Source: an uncultured virus (IMG/VR IMGVR_UViG_3300042876_000347)
Lineage: Duplodnaviria > Heunggongvirae > Uroviricota > Caudoviricetes
Strand: one strand, 5' to 3'
Length of the DNA: 64,000 nucleotides
IMG/VR virus record: IMGVR_UViG_3300042876_000347
The notes below the pieces were generated by a model. That model saw nothing but the letters and a program-made list of their open reading frames with translations. It was not told the origin of the DNA and searched no databases. Shown here piece by piece: positions 10,029 through 19,504 of the stretch. The translations under genes were made by a program, and so were the position numbers. Positions within the stretch are counted from its first letter, which is position 1, and each line of letters starts with the position of its first letter.

Positions 10029-10880
10029 ATCTGTGTGATCTACGCCTGTTACGATGCCATTCCCACTGATGACGAGCTGGTTCGAGGAACCCTGAACGAC
10101 GATGGTGCAGGGATTGCCTGGATTGGCTTAGAGGAAGGCAAGCGAGTGGTCCGCTGGCAGAAGGGCCTACCCTCGGATGTCGATGCAGTGAAGGAGGTGA
10201 TCAAGAAGGAAAACATCACGCTTCCCTTCGCGATCCACTTCAGGACTGCGAGTGTGGGCGGAGCCAAGACTACGCTGACTCATCCCTTCCCTGTGTACGA
10301 TGGCGTCCCCCTCTGGCTCGCTGGCTACGCAGAGACCCTGATGATGCACAACGGGCACTTCAACAACTGGGAAGAGCTGGTGATGAAGGCAGCACTAGGG
10401 AGTGGGAGCAAGATCCCTGGTGGCGCTTGGAGTGATTCTCGTGCGCTAGCATACGTGATCAACCTCCTAGGTGAAGGGGTGATTCCTTTCATCGTGGGAC
10501 AGAATCGAATCATGATCATGGATGCCCTGAGGGAGGAGGACGCCAAGGAGATTCAGCCTAGGCGCTACTTCAGGCTCTATGGCAACTGGGTTCAGGAGAA
10601 GGGCTGGAGTCAGTCGATCAGCACCAACACGGGAATGGGCCGCTACCGGATGACGCCCGGCTGGGAGCGTGCCGATGACGATGATGACTCCAAAAGTATT
10701 CCCATTCTACGGCTAGCGAAGGAGGGAGCGAAGAAGGAGGGGAACTCAACCTCGACTGTCATCACCCCCAAGACCACGGTCTTCGACGCCAAGAACTACT
10801 GGACTGTCGAGGAACTCTGGGGCCACTTGAAGACCATGGAAGAGGAGCAGCGGAATGCGGAAACTACTACCGGCCTATAA
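10029..10880 (+). CDS. Class II (Ntn) glutamine amidotransferase; probable ATC start giving M-C-V-I
   Basis: NDDGAG, HFRTAS, THPF, MHNG and SDS motifs; Cys codon at 10032; AGGAGG SD 8 nt before the ATC. Confidence 0.88.
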   Translation: MCVIYACYDAIPTDDELVRGTLNDDGAGIAWIGLEEGKRVVRWQKGLPSDVDAVKEVIKKENITLPFAIHFRTASVGGAKTTLTHPFPVYDGVPLWLAGYAETLMMHNGHFNNWEELVMKAALGSGSKIPGGAWSDSRALAYVINLLGEGVIPFIVGQNRIMIMDALREEDAKEIQPRRYFRLYGNWVQEKGWSQSISTNTGMGRYRMTPGWERADDDDDSKSIPILRLAKEGAKKEGNSTSTVITPKTTVFDAKNYWTVEELWGHLKTMEEEQRNAETTTGL

Positions 10881-11325
10881 CGGGCAGCGTCGTTTCGAGT
10901 GGAGAATTCTGGGGCAGGTGGTAGGCCCAAGGCTAGCACAAGGGGTGCCAGCTGACCTGGAAGAGGCTATCCTAGCGGTGGAGGAGGGTCGACTTGAGCT
11001 CCCACCTCTGAGGATCACCCCTAGCGGCTCGGTGATTGCCACCGAGAAGGAAAACCTGAAGGTCTGGCAAATCCTGCAGGCTAGCATGGCCTCGCACTTC
11101 AGGGTCGTGGTAGTGGCCATGGACGAGCTGAAGGAGACGGAGAACCTGGACTTCTTGGAGAGGTTGGCTGAGCTGCCAGAGGATCCTCAGACAATCGGTG
11201 CTGCAGTAGCTCAGGCGAGAAGGGCACGCTGGGAAATTCGACCTGTTGAGGAGCCCTTGCCTGACCCTGAAGACGACTTTGGCGAAGAGGAAGACCTTCC
11301 TGAAGAGGAAGAGGAGAACCAGTAA
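10855..11325 (+). CDS. Hypothetical acidic-tailed protein
   Basis: ORF coupled between the amidotransferase and ATP-grasp genes. Confidence 0.7.
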   Translation: MRKLLPAYNGQRRFEWRILGQVVGPRLAQGVPADLEEAILAVEEGRLELPPLRITPSGSVIATEKENLKVWQILQASMASHFRVVVVAMDELKETENLDFLERLAELPEDPQTIGAAVAQARRARWEIRPVEEPLPDPEDDFGEEEDLPEEEEENQ

Positions 11326-12005
11326 TGATCTGTGTTTGGCTTGGCGAAGGCAGGAGCACTAGCTCCGCGAAGGAGCTCGGGAAGTTGATCGCACAGAAGG
11401 AAGCTGAAGGTGGAAGGGAGCTTGAGGGGATAGTCAACTATTCAGGCTCAACGCTCAAGCTTGAGGTTCCTACTGTGCTGAATGCAACCTCTCGGACCAA
11501 CAAGCTAGTGCAACTTGCCACCCTGGAGGATGCAGGAGTAGTGATCCCACAATTCACAGAGACTCAACCTAGAGGGGAGGGCTGGTTCCCCCGTACGCTG
11601 AACCATCAGCAAGGTTTCGACTTTACTCGTAGGCGGATCCCTGTGCCTGACTTCTGGACCAGGAAGTGTCAGCTGGTGGAGGAGTGGCGAATCCATATCT
11701 TCCTCACCAAGAAGGGCAACCTGAAGATCCTGAGGAGTGGTGTCAAGAAGCCACTCCCAGGCGCGCATCCCTGGGTCAGGAGCCATCGCCTTGGCTGGCG
11801 TCTCTCCTACACTGGTGGCGCTAGCGCACCAATGTTGGCTGAGGCTCGGAAGGCAGTTGAGGCTCTCGACCTTGACTTCGCCGCTGTTGACATTGCTCTT
11901 GACAACGAGGGTGTGCCAGTGGTGCTTGAGGTGAACACCTGCCCTGGCTTGGAAGGTGGCACCTTGGACCGCTACGCTGAGGCCATCGTGGAGAGGCTCT
12001 CGTGA
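11325..12005 (+). CDS. ATP-grasp peptide ligase (RimK-like)
   Basis: EEWRIH, LDLDFAAVD and VLEVNTCPGL motifs. Confidence 0.88.
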   Translation: MICVWLGEGRSTSSAKELGKLIAQKEAEGGRELEGIVNYSGSTLKLEVPTVLNATSRTNKLVQLATLEDAGVVIPQFTETQPRGEGWFPRTLNHQQGFDFTRRRIPVPDFWTRKCQLVEEWRIHIFLTKKGNLKILRSGVKKPLPGAHPWVRSHRLGWRLSYTGGASAPMLAEARKAVEALDLDFAAVDIALDNEGVPVVLEVNTCPGLEGGTLDRYAEAIVERLS

Positions 12006-12418
12006 TTCACAGATGTCATAGCTGTGCTGAGGAGTGGACCTGCGATAAGCTGATTCCCTTTGGTGGTGCATTCTCAACTGGCTCAGCGACTCGGCCCTCC
12101 TACAGGTGCTGTGCTTGCTACTTCACCCGCGCTGGTGGCTACCCGGACCCGCCTTATAGCTTCGAGAACTGCCCGAAGTGCAACTTGGAGTACTGGGAAA
12201 GGTGGCAAAGGAACCTGCCTGATCTGGGGTACTACACGCCGACTAACATGGCGCAGGTGCAGGTGTGGGACTGGGTTAGCGGGCTTTGGCTCTTTTGGAA
12301 CCCTGAACATCCTGACTTCCAGTTCCGCCTGACTCGCTGCAAGGAGAAGCTCGGCCCTTGGGTTGATCCTAAGAAGCGCTGTAAGTGCAACAAGTGCAAG
12401 GATCAGCGGCAGTACTAG
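12002..12418 (+). CDS. Cys-rich zinc-binding hypothetical protein
   Basis: HRCHSC...WTCDK, CCAC, CPKC and CKCNKC motifs. Confidence 0.65.
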   Translation: MIHRCHSCAEEWTCDKLIPFGGAFSTGSATRPSYRCCACYFTRAGGYPDPPYSFENCPKCNLEYWERWQRNLPDLGYYTPTNMAQVQVWDWVSGLWLFWNPEHPDFQFRLTRCKEKLGPWVDPKKRCKCNKCKDQRQY

Positions 12419-12627
12419 GGAAATAAGGGAATAAAGGAAAATGGGTAAAACGCTAAAAGAGTCCCGAGTTGCAAAGGAAGAGCGCCAGGAGTGGAAAAAG
12501 CGGGAAGGGAAGCCTAAGGCGCACACAGGAGGGATGCATAACCTCGTGCGGGAGGCAGAAGCAGAGGAACTCTTTACACTAGAAGAGCTTGAGCTCTTGG
12601 CAGGTCCTGTAGAAAAGGAGTAGTAAA

Positions 12628-13551
12628 GTGCAAAAAGGCTACAGTCCGAGGGCGCAGGAGTTTGAGAGGTTTCTTCAGGCTTGTGAGGCTGCGGGCACGC
12701 TCCAGCTAGACGCGCTGAACTATGGTTATGGTCTAAAGGTCATCGACATCGAGCCTTCCTTCTGGGAAGACCTGAAGGCTGATCCAATACTGAGGGCTCT
12801 AATTGTTTGGCGGATGGGAGGCCATAGCGGCCTGAGCCCCTACGGGTTGGCGGAGTTCGCAGGAGGCAGGAGCCCTTTGGAGCTCTGGAAGTACTTCGTG
12901 GCGAACCCTCACAGGTTCCGCCGGGATGTCTGTGACGCCACCAAGCTGCCCGTGATCAGCCCTTGCTACTTCTTGGATTCCATTGGCTACCTGCGCCACA
13001 TCAGAACGAGGCAGCTCAGGTGGGATACCATTAGCAAGGAAGAGGCTGATGAGGAGTACACCGAAGAGGGGAGTGGACATGGGGATCCTGATGAGGATGA
13101 CGACTTCTCGGGTGACTCTTACGCTCAGGAGCTAGAGGAACTCTTCGATGACTGCTGGCTTAATGCTCAGCCCTGGCAGGATTTCGTGGGCAGAACCTTC
13201 CAGAACCCCCTTAACCCGAAGTCGAGTTCCATCATCAGCAAGGACACCTGGGCCAGTGTGGAGGCAGCAGTGAAGTTCCAGCTAGTTGAACCGGAGGAGG
13301 GAGCCCTTTGGGTGAATCCTCTCACCAGCACGCCTGAGCCATGGGATCCTGCGGTGATGCATGGCCAGTATGATCCGACTCCTGAGGAGCTAGCTAGGCT
13401 GGCGGCTGAAGAGGAGGAGAGACGGGTAGCGCACGAGAAGTGGCTGCGCACCATCGAGGAGGAACGCAGGAGGAAGGCCACTAGTTGGAGCACTACTAGC
13501 ACTGCTACCACTACCATTCAATGGATTAACACCACTACTTGGAATCTCTAG
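12628..13551 (+). CDS. Hypothetical protein (307 aa)
   Basis: Long ORF with AAGGAG SD. Confidence 0.75.
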   Translation: MQKGYSPRAQEFERFLQACEAAGTLQLDALNYGYGLKVIDIEPSFWEDLKADPILRALIVWRMGGHSGLSPYGLAEFAGGRSPLELWKYFVANPHRFRRDVCDATKLPVISPCYFLDSIGYLRHIRTRQLRWDTISKEEADEEYTEEGSGHGDPDEDDDFSGDSYAQELEELFDDCWLNAQPWQDFVGRTFQNPLNPKSSSIISKDTWASVEAAVKFQLVEPEEGALWVNPLTSTPEPWDPAVMHGQYDPTPEELARLAAEEEERRVAHEKWLRTIEEERRRKATSWSTTSTATTTIQWINTTTWNL

Positions 13552-13755
13552 TTGCCCGAAGCTAACAGGGTCTGGTGGCTTAAGAGTGGAAAGCTCGCCA
13601 CGAAGGTAGGAAACCTCTACAGGGCTCTTGGCGAGGAGGACTTGCAAGGGCTGGTCAACTTGAGCAAGATGGGCTACTCGAATGAGGAAGTCGCCTCTAA
13701 GCTGCGGGTACCAGTAGAGGCAGTGGAACTAGTGCTAAGGGTTGTGGGAGGTTAG
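13552..13755 (+). CDS. Small helix-turn-helix-like protein
   Basis: GYSNEEVASKLRVPVEAV resembles an HTH. Confidence 0.5.
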   Translation: MPEANRVWWLKSGKLATKVGNLYRALGEEDLQGLVNLSKMGYSNEEVASKLRVPVEAVELVLRVVGG

Positions 13756-13928
13756 AAGTGCGTGACTATTTGTGGGTGATCGAGGAGTGGTGGGGTGATG
13801 GGTGGATTGGTTGGAGCAATAACTGTTTCCCCACTCGGGCGCAGGCGAGGGACTACAGGAAGCGCGTGCTTGAACCTGATTGTCTCTTCAGGATCAGGAA
13901 GTACAAGAGGGAAGGAGGGAAGGGCTAA

Positions 13929-14288
13929 GTGGAACATCTAGGCAGCTATAACAAGGACTGGGATGTCCCCCTGGATACAGCGCACCAGTGTGTCGGCCCT
14001 GGTTGGCACCCACTGGTGAAGCAGCTGATTTCCGACCTACTGGTGCTAGGGTGGAATGGTAGGCTAGCGCAGGTGAAGGAGAAGTTCGGGGGCCTCAGGT
14101 TTTACGCGGATGATGTCCCAGAGGCAGGGGAGGATCTGATCCGCAAGGCCGAGGGTGACAGCTACCACATCTGCGAGGAGTGCGGCGAGCCGGGCAAGCT
14201 CCGTGCGAAGGGCTGGTGGAAAACCCGTTGTGCCAACTGTCAGACTGAGTGGGTGGAGAAACACCAGCTAGAAGGAAAGGTGTGGTAA
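13929..14288 (+). CDS. Conserved phage hypothetical protein with C-terminal zinc ribbon
   Basis: GW...QVKEKFGGLRFY...CEECG...CANC pattern. Confidence 0.75.
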   Translation: MEHLGSYNKDWDVPLDTAHQCVGPGWHPLVKQLISDLLVLGWNGRLAQVKEKFGGLRFYADDVPEAGEDLIRKAEGDSYHICEECGEPGKLRAKGWWKTRCANCQTEWVEKHQLEGKVW

Positions 14289-14289
14289 A

Positions 14290-14922
14290 GTGCACGACCC
14301 TAAAGGTGGGCCAGTGGTTGAGGTGGTGAGCACCTTTCCGAGCCCCTCACTCTACATGCGCTACGAGGCGCAGGTTCAGATTAACAGGGACCTGAGCCGC
14401 CTGCTAGAGGAGCAGGCGGAAGAGGTGGCGCGGCTCAAGGACAAGGGGCGCGCTGCTCTCCTGAAGAAACAACTCGATGAGGTTCTAACATTTCTTCGAT
14501 CTTCTACCTATGGTGGCCCCAAAGAGATCGTGTCTACGGGAATTCTCACTTCTCTGGAAATCTCCAATGCACGTGCGGCTGGAACCTTGTACGTCGAACC
14601 AACAAGTGGACTAGGACTTGGATGGGTAGTGCGAACGAGGCGTGTATTAGAAATGGTAGAGAAGGATCGAGATGCCGCACAGGCCGAGATCACTCGGCTC
14701 TCGGATCAGCAGCGCATCGCAGACGACTACCGAAGACAGGTGGCGAAAGCGCAGGCGCGCATCGCCAGTCTGGAGGCGGCGCTGGACAGGATCGAGAAGA
14801 GGATCAAGTTCTGGGGTGACGAAGCCTTCAGGAAGGCTGACTTCGCTAGCGCAGAGGACGCGCAGGAAATTCTGAAGACGATCAAGGCAGAGCGCGAGAA
14901 GGCGGGGGTGAGCCGTGGCTAG
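14290..14922 (+). CDS. Coiled-coil hypothetical protein
   Basis: ORF with heptad-rich sequence. Confidence 0.65.
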   Translation: MHDPKGGPVVEVVSTFPSPSLYMRYEAQVQINRDLSRLLEEQAEEVARLKDKGRAALLKKQLDEVLTFLRSSTYGGPKEIVSTGILTSLEISNARAAGTLYVEPTSGLGLGWVVRTRRVLEMVEKDRDAAQAEITRLSDQQRIADDYRRQVAKAQARIASLEAALDRIEKRIKFWGDEAFRKADFASAEDAQEILKTIKAEREKAGVSRG

Positions 14923-15382
14923 GATCTACATTCGCAAGAGCCCGACAGCAGACACTCGGACGTGCGACTGGAGCAAGGTGAGCAAGGAGACGCTGCTTCT
15001 GTCGAGCATCCAGCACATCGATGACGTTGCGCGAGCCTTGGAGCTGTTCGTTGATCTCTTGGATGAAGCCCAAGGGAATCACGACCACGACAAGATCAGC
15101 AGCATCGACCAGTTCCATGCGGACTTCGCCACGGGATTCAAGCAGACAGGGTGGTGGGACAACCACCGGAAGGTCAACCGGCATCACCTGCGAGAAGCAG
15201 ACGGAATCCCCGAGGACGTGAACCTCATCGACGTGCTGGACTACATCTCTGACTGCGTGATGGCCGGCATGGCGCGCAGCGGGAGCGTCTACGAGATCAC
15301 GTTGCCAGACGAGCTACTCCAGCGCGCATTCAAGAACACGACGGAGTTGCTCAAGGGATCTGTCGAGGTGGTCAATGAGTGA
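14915..15382 (+). CDS. HD-like metal-binding protein (DUF5662-like)
   Basis: H...HDHDK...H..NRHH...NLIDVL...D pattern. Confidence 0.6.
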   Translation: MARIYIRKSPTADTRTCDWSKVSKETLLLSSIQHIDDVARALELFVDLLDEAQGNHDHDKISSIDQFHADFATGFKQTGWWDNHRKVNRHHLREADGIPEDVNLIDVLDYISDCVMAGMARSGSVYEITLPDELLQRAFKNTTELLKGSVEVVNE

Positions 15383-16039
15383 GCCCAGCGCGCGTGATCT
15401 GGAGATGGCGAGGGAGTGGCTGGAAAGCTGGGAGCGGAACTTCTCCATGCTATGGCGGGACCAGACACTTCTGCCGCGCCTATCTAACTTGGTAGCCCAA
15501 GCCCGCGAGGAGGGAATGCAGGCAGCAGAACAGCAATGCCAGTCAGAGATCACGGCCCTACACTCGATGCTGTCCATGGCATGGGCACTCCTGCCGCCCG
15601 AAGAGGGCGAGCGAATCGGTCTGAAGGACTTGATGATGAAGTGCGAAAGGCTCGACTGTGAACTTCTTCCGGGGTTGCTGGAGAAGGCCCGCGAGGAGGG
15701 CCGCGCCGAGGAGCGGAAGCGGGCAGCTCGACTCATCATCCAGTTCCATGCTCCAAGTCCCACGCGCGAGGAAATGCTGCGCCGCCTGCGGGAAGAGGGG
15801 GAGGAGAAGTGAGCAAGGTCAAACTGAAGCTTGAGGTAAACCAAGCCTTCGATCGCGAGGGTAAGCCAGGAAAGTACAAGATCCGCTGGCTGGCCTCTAC
15901 AGAAGTGCCTTCGATGGATGCCTACTGGGCTTCGGAGCAGGAGGTCTGGGCTGAATCAGAACTCGGCTGGGCCGAGGCCTTGAAGCTCCTGCAGGACGAG
16001 GTGACCGACAGGGTGAGGAAGGCGAATGAAAGACTCTAG
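15375..16039 (+). other. Two hypothetical ORFs (15375-15812, 15809-16039)
   Basis: Coupled ORFs with SD motifs. Confidence 0.6.
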
Positions 16040-16331
16040 GAGGTTCTACAACCAGCTCCTGGCCCTGGCAGCACGCTCACCCCATCCGAGGTATCAGCAC
16101 GCAGCCTTGGTGGCAAAGGGTAAGCGGGTGCTAGGCATGGGCTATAACTCCTTCGAGCGCCATGCCGAAACGGAGGCTCTCAAGGATTGCGTCGGGCCAG
16201 TGAAGGGTGCGACTTTGTACACCCTGATGCTCAAGCGCCGCAGCGGTGTGGTCGGCAACGGCAACCCCTGTCCTCAGTGCATGGATGCCATGAGGGCTGA
16301 GGGAGTTCGGAGGGTGGTGCTCTACGTATGA
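16026..16331 (+). CDS. Zinc-dependent cytidine/dCMP deaminase-like protein
   Basis: HAE and PCPQC motifs; GYN. Confidence 0.85.
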   Translation: MKDSRRFYNQLLALAARSPHPRYQHAALVAKGKRVLGMGYNSFERHAETEALKDCVGPVKGATLYTLMLKRRSGVVGNGNPCPQCMDAMRAEGVRRVVLYV

Positions 16332-16768
16332 TGCACACAGCAGGCGATGACTGCGAAGTAGTACAGCACCACTTCTACCCTACCAGGAAGGAGCATTGCC
16401 TTAAGAGTGCTCGCAGGTTCGAGGTGCAGCTGATGGGTAGCATCCATGCTTGGCTCTGGCTTTGCAGGGAGCATGCTGAGTCCATGGGCTACGTGTGGAA
16501 GATGGGGGAGAGACCTTGAGGGAAAAGCGCTTCGTCGCATTGTTCGTTTCTGACAAGGGCTGGGTTAACACCTTAGGTGATCGTGCCTGCAACTGTGTGG
16601 CAGAGGCCGAAGCCTTAGGACTTGCGACTGCAAGAGCCTATGGTTCCAAGGGGAGCTTCTTTGGGGTTTTCGAAATGAAAACCCTAGTGAAAGTTCCTGT
16701 ACCAGCTGACCCAGCACCGATTAAGTACGACCTCGCAGAAGAGGATCCGCTATCCTGAGGCTACCAAC

Positions 16769-16793
16769 CCCGGAGCCCCCCAAGGGCTCCGGG
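16769..16793. terminator. GC-rich hairpin ending the early gene block
   Basis: CCCGGAGCCC-CCCAA-GGGCTCCGGG; no clear U tract. Confidence 0.5.
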
Positions 16794-17949
16794 TAGTGCC
16801 GCTCCTCGCTAGGTCCTTTCATTTCACCACTTCTATAGTATATAGGGAGCTGAAAAGTGCCCTTTAGGGAGGTGCAAACCCTTTGGATGGAGCAGGTTGC
16901 GAACTTCACCCGGGCGGTGAGGGGTCGCGGATCACGAAAGGAAACTTCGTATTTCACTGTTTCCTTATTCTCAAAACAGCAGCACCTTTTCTCTTTTTCC
17001 TGGGAGTCATATGGACGCTTACGTTCCTTCGCAAGTGCTTGCACTAGCATTGAGGCATAGTAGAGGGCGGGCTAAGGCTGAGAAGCCAGAAGGGAGCAAG
17101 CGCAAGCACGCTAGCAGTAGTCTTGTGCCCCTGCAGTGTTGCACTAGTAGTGCTAGGGAAGCAGCTAGACTCAACATTGGTTTCAAGATGCTCTACCCTG
17201 AAGGAGGGGATCGCTAGATGGAGAACTTCCTCGACTTTGAGGCCATTCCTCCTGATTCCCTTTGGATCGCAGCCGATGGAGGCGCCTATGGGCTTAGGGT
17301 TATCGGTAGGGATGCTGAGACAAAGGACATCATCTGCGAAGACATGCAAAGAGGCACTCCGAGGAGGATCAATTGGTTCAAACTTCAGTATCGTTACAAG
17401 CTGGTGGAGGTCTAAGGTGACGCTAGAAGCAACTCGTAAAGCTGCGTGGAAAGTCGTGGTGGCCATGTTGGATGTCTTCCTGGCCTTCGTGCTCTTCTGC
17501 CTGTTAGTGGCCCTCTCGACTGCCTGTGGGATCATGCTCTTTGGCTTGCTGGCAGTGCTAGTGCAGGCTTTCAAGGGGTTCTTCCTGTGAGCGGTGACTT
17601 CGGTAGCTTCGAGACCTTCTCCTGCGTAGTGTGTGGGCTTAAGTGGGAGGCCTTTGTGCCTGACGAGAGGGAGCTACAGCATCTCATCCCTACCTGCGGG
17701 GAGTGCGAGGGAACCCCAGGGTTTCACCACTTGCTCGACACGAAGGAGGAGGTAGCATGATCCTCAAAGTCTGTAAGGTCCTAGCAGCCATGCTCTTTGG
17801 AGCAGCTTGCCTAACGCTAGCTTCTTCAGTGATCATTGGCACTCTCTTCCTCGGCATCTGGCTAGGAGGAACCAACTCCCTAGCAGGCTTCTTCATTACG
17901 TTAGCCTTGCTAGGTGCGCTGATCGGAGGGATTATCTACGTGGTGGGGT

Positions 17950-18885
17950 CTAACCTTCCCTAGCCTTCAACCCTAGCCAGCTGGCACCAGGAAACTCTCC
18001 GTTCTCGACTGCCTTCCTCCTTCGGAAGGCAGTCGAGTCGGAAGTCTTTAGGAGCTTCGCTAGCTCGGAGTCGAACTTCGTCCCCCGAAGTTCGGGACGT
18101 TCGTGGAATAGCTCATAGGTCTGCAGCAGTTCCTCGAACCTGGGGCACCGTAGGGTTGCCCCGTCAGTTTCCAGCTTTAGCCCTAGTGGACCATAGAGTC
18201 TGCTAACTTGGCTCTTCTCATGGTTAAGCCTAACGTTAACCCCCTCGTGTTCAGCTACATAGGGAGTTAGGTGTAGGCCAACCTGGGCATCATTGAGCCA
18301 GTTCATAGCACCACTGAAGGATTCCTTGGCCTTCCCACCATTCCCATTCTGATCCACTTGGGTCTTCTTAGTATGGTGGACAAACACTAGCGCACTCCCC
18401 GGGAAGAGGTGCTGGAAGTAGGAATAGACCACCTTAGGTGTCTGTGGCTCCTTGTCGTTCAGGTCATGGACTTTCCGTAGCGTGTTCACTATCACGCAAT
18501 CATAACCTTCCTCCGCTGCCTCTTTGAGGTAAGCGTGATCCTCGGGGTCCACCTCAGGTACACTGAGGGGAGGGAGGAAAAGGAAATCGACATTCTTCAC
18601 CGGCTCGATTTTCTTAACCCGGTCATGCACGAGGCGTTGCGGGGTGTCTACCTCAAGGTAGAGCACTCTGCCCTCTGTGGCGGGGAGACCAAAAAAGTTC
18701 GTCCCCTTGCCGATGGCTCCCGCTAGGTGCCAACCCACGGGTGACTTCCCTGTGGAGGTTTCGCCCCAAAGGAATACGATTCCATCCCTTGGCACGTATG
18801 GCTCGATCAACCACATTGGCTTCTCGAAGGTTTTCTTCTGGAAATCCTCCCAGGAAACCCTGCAGCGAAGGTCCTTAGCTAGCAC
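17950..18885 (-). CDS. AAA_25 / RepA-like (SF4-related) helicase
   Basis: Walker A GETSTGKS, VLYLEVD, FVHHTKK and FSGA motifs. Confidence 0.85.
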   Translation of the reverse strand: MLAKDLRCRVSWEDFQKKTFEKPMWLIEPYVPRDGIVFLWGETSTGKSPVGWHLAGAIGKGTNFFGLPATEGRVLYLEVDTPQRLVHDRVKKIEPVKNVDFLFLPPLSVPEVDPEDHAYLKEAAEEGYDCVIVNTLRKVHDLNDKEPQTPKVVYSYFQHLFPGSALVFVHHTKKTQVDQNGNGGKAKESFSGAMNWLNDAQVGLHLTPYVAEHEGVNVRLNHEKSQVSRLYGPLGLKLETDGATLRCPRFEELLQTYELFHERPELRGTKFDSELAKLLKTSDSTAFRRRKAVENGEFPGASWLGLKAREG

Positions 18886-19039
18886 TCTTGTTCTCTAGCC
18901 AGTTAGGATTCTTGCACTTGGCGCAGAGCTTAGGAACTTTGCCTTCGATGGGTACCCAGGAGTGGCCGCAGCGCTTACAAGTGACCTTTACTAGGTCGAG
19001 AAGTTTGTTTATTAAAGTGATATACTCATCGTTGTTCAG
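18875..19039 (-). CDS. C4 zinc-ribbon protein (54 aa), probable CTG start, not in the ORF track
   Basis: CKRCGHSWVP...PKLCAKCKNPNW; AGGAGG SD; in-frame stops upstream exclude an ATG start. Confidence 0.8.
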   Translation of the reverse strand: MNNDEYITLINKLLDLVKVTCKRCGHSWVPIEGKVPKLCAKCKNPNWLENKSAS

Positions 19040-19069
19040 CTGGAGCCCACCTCCTAAGGGGGCATGAAA

Positions 19070-19098
19070 AGTTTACTAGGTAGTAAGGAGGGCGTCAA
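19070..19098 (-). promoter_or_regulatory. Sigma-70-like promoter for the zinc-ribbon/helicase cassette
   Basis: TTGACG-N17-TAAACT on -. Confidence 0.7.
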
Positions 19099-19503
19099 GT
19101 GGATATCGACCTTGAGGGAATGAAAGCTGTATTTGACCGTTACGTAGTTCCTCAAGAGGAACATTGGGTCTGGATTGGTGGAATGTCAAGTGGCTATGGA
19201 ATAATGAATTACAAGGGGACGCAATATCCATGTCACCGAGCAGCTTGGCTCCTCTTTAAGGGGCCTATTCCTGAAGGTCTAGAGGTCGACCACCTGTGCC
19301 GTATGCGTATCTGCTGCAATCCTGACCACTTAGAACCAGTTACCCACGCAGAAAACATGAGGAGGAAGCCAAAGAAGCAGGATGGTGTTTGGATGGAGGA
19401 GTTACGTAAGTGGGAATTATTTGCGGACAAGGAGCGTTTAGCAAGAGGGCTCCCTGTGCCAGCGTGGCGTGTAGCCCGTATCAAGGAGGCTGAAACAAAC
19501 TAA
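19099..19503 (+). CDS. HNH endonuclease (HNH_3-like)
   Basis: W.W.G...GYG...HRAAW...GPIP...VDHLC...CCNPDHLEPVT..EN. Confidence 0.92.
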   Translation: MDIDLEGMKAVFDRYVVPQEEHWVWIGGMSSGYGIMNYKGTQYPCHRAAWLLFKGPIPEGLEVDHLCRMRICCNPDHLEPVTHAENMRRKPKKQDGVWMEELRKWELFADKERLARGLPVPAWRVARIKEAETN

Positions 19504-19504
19504 T

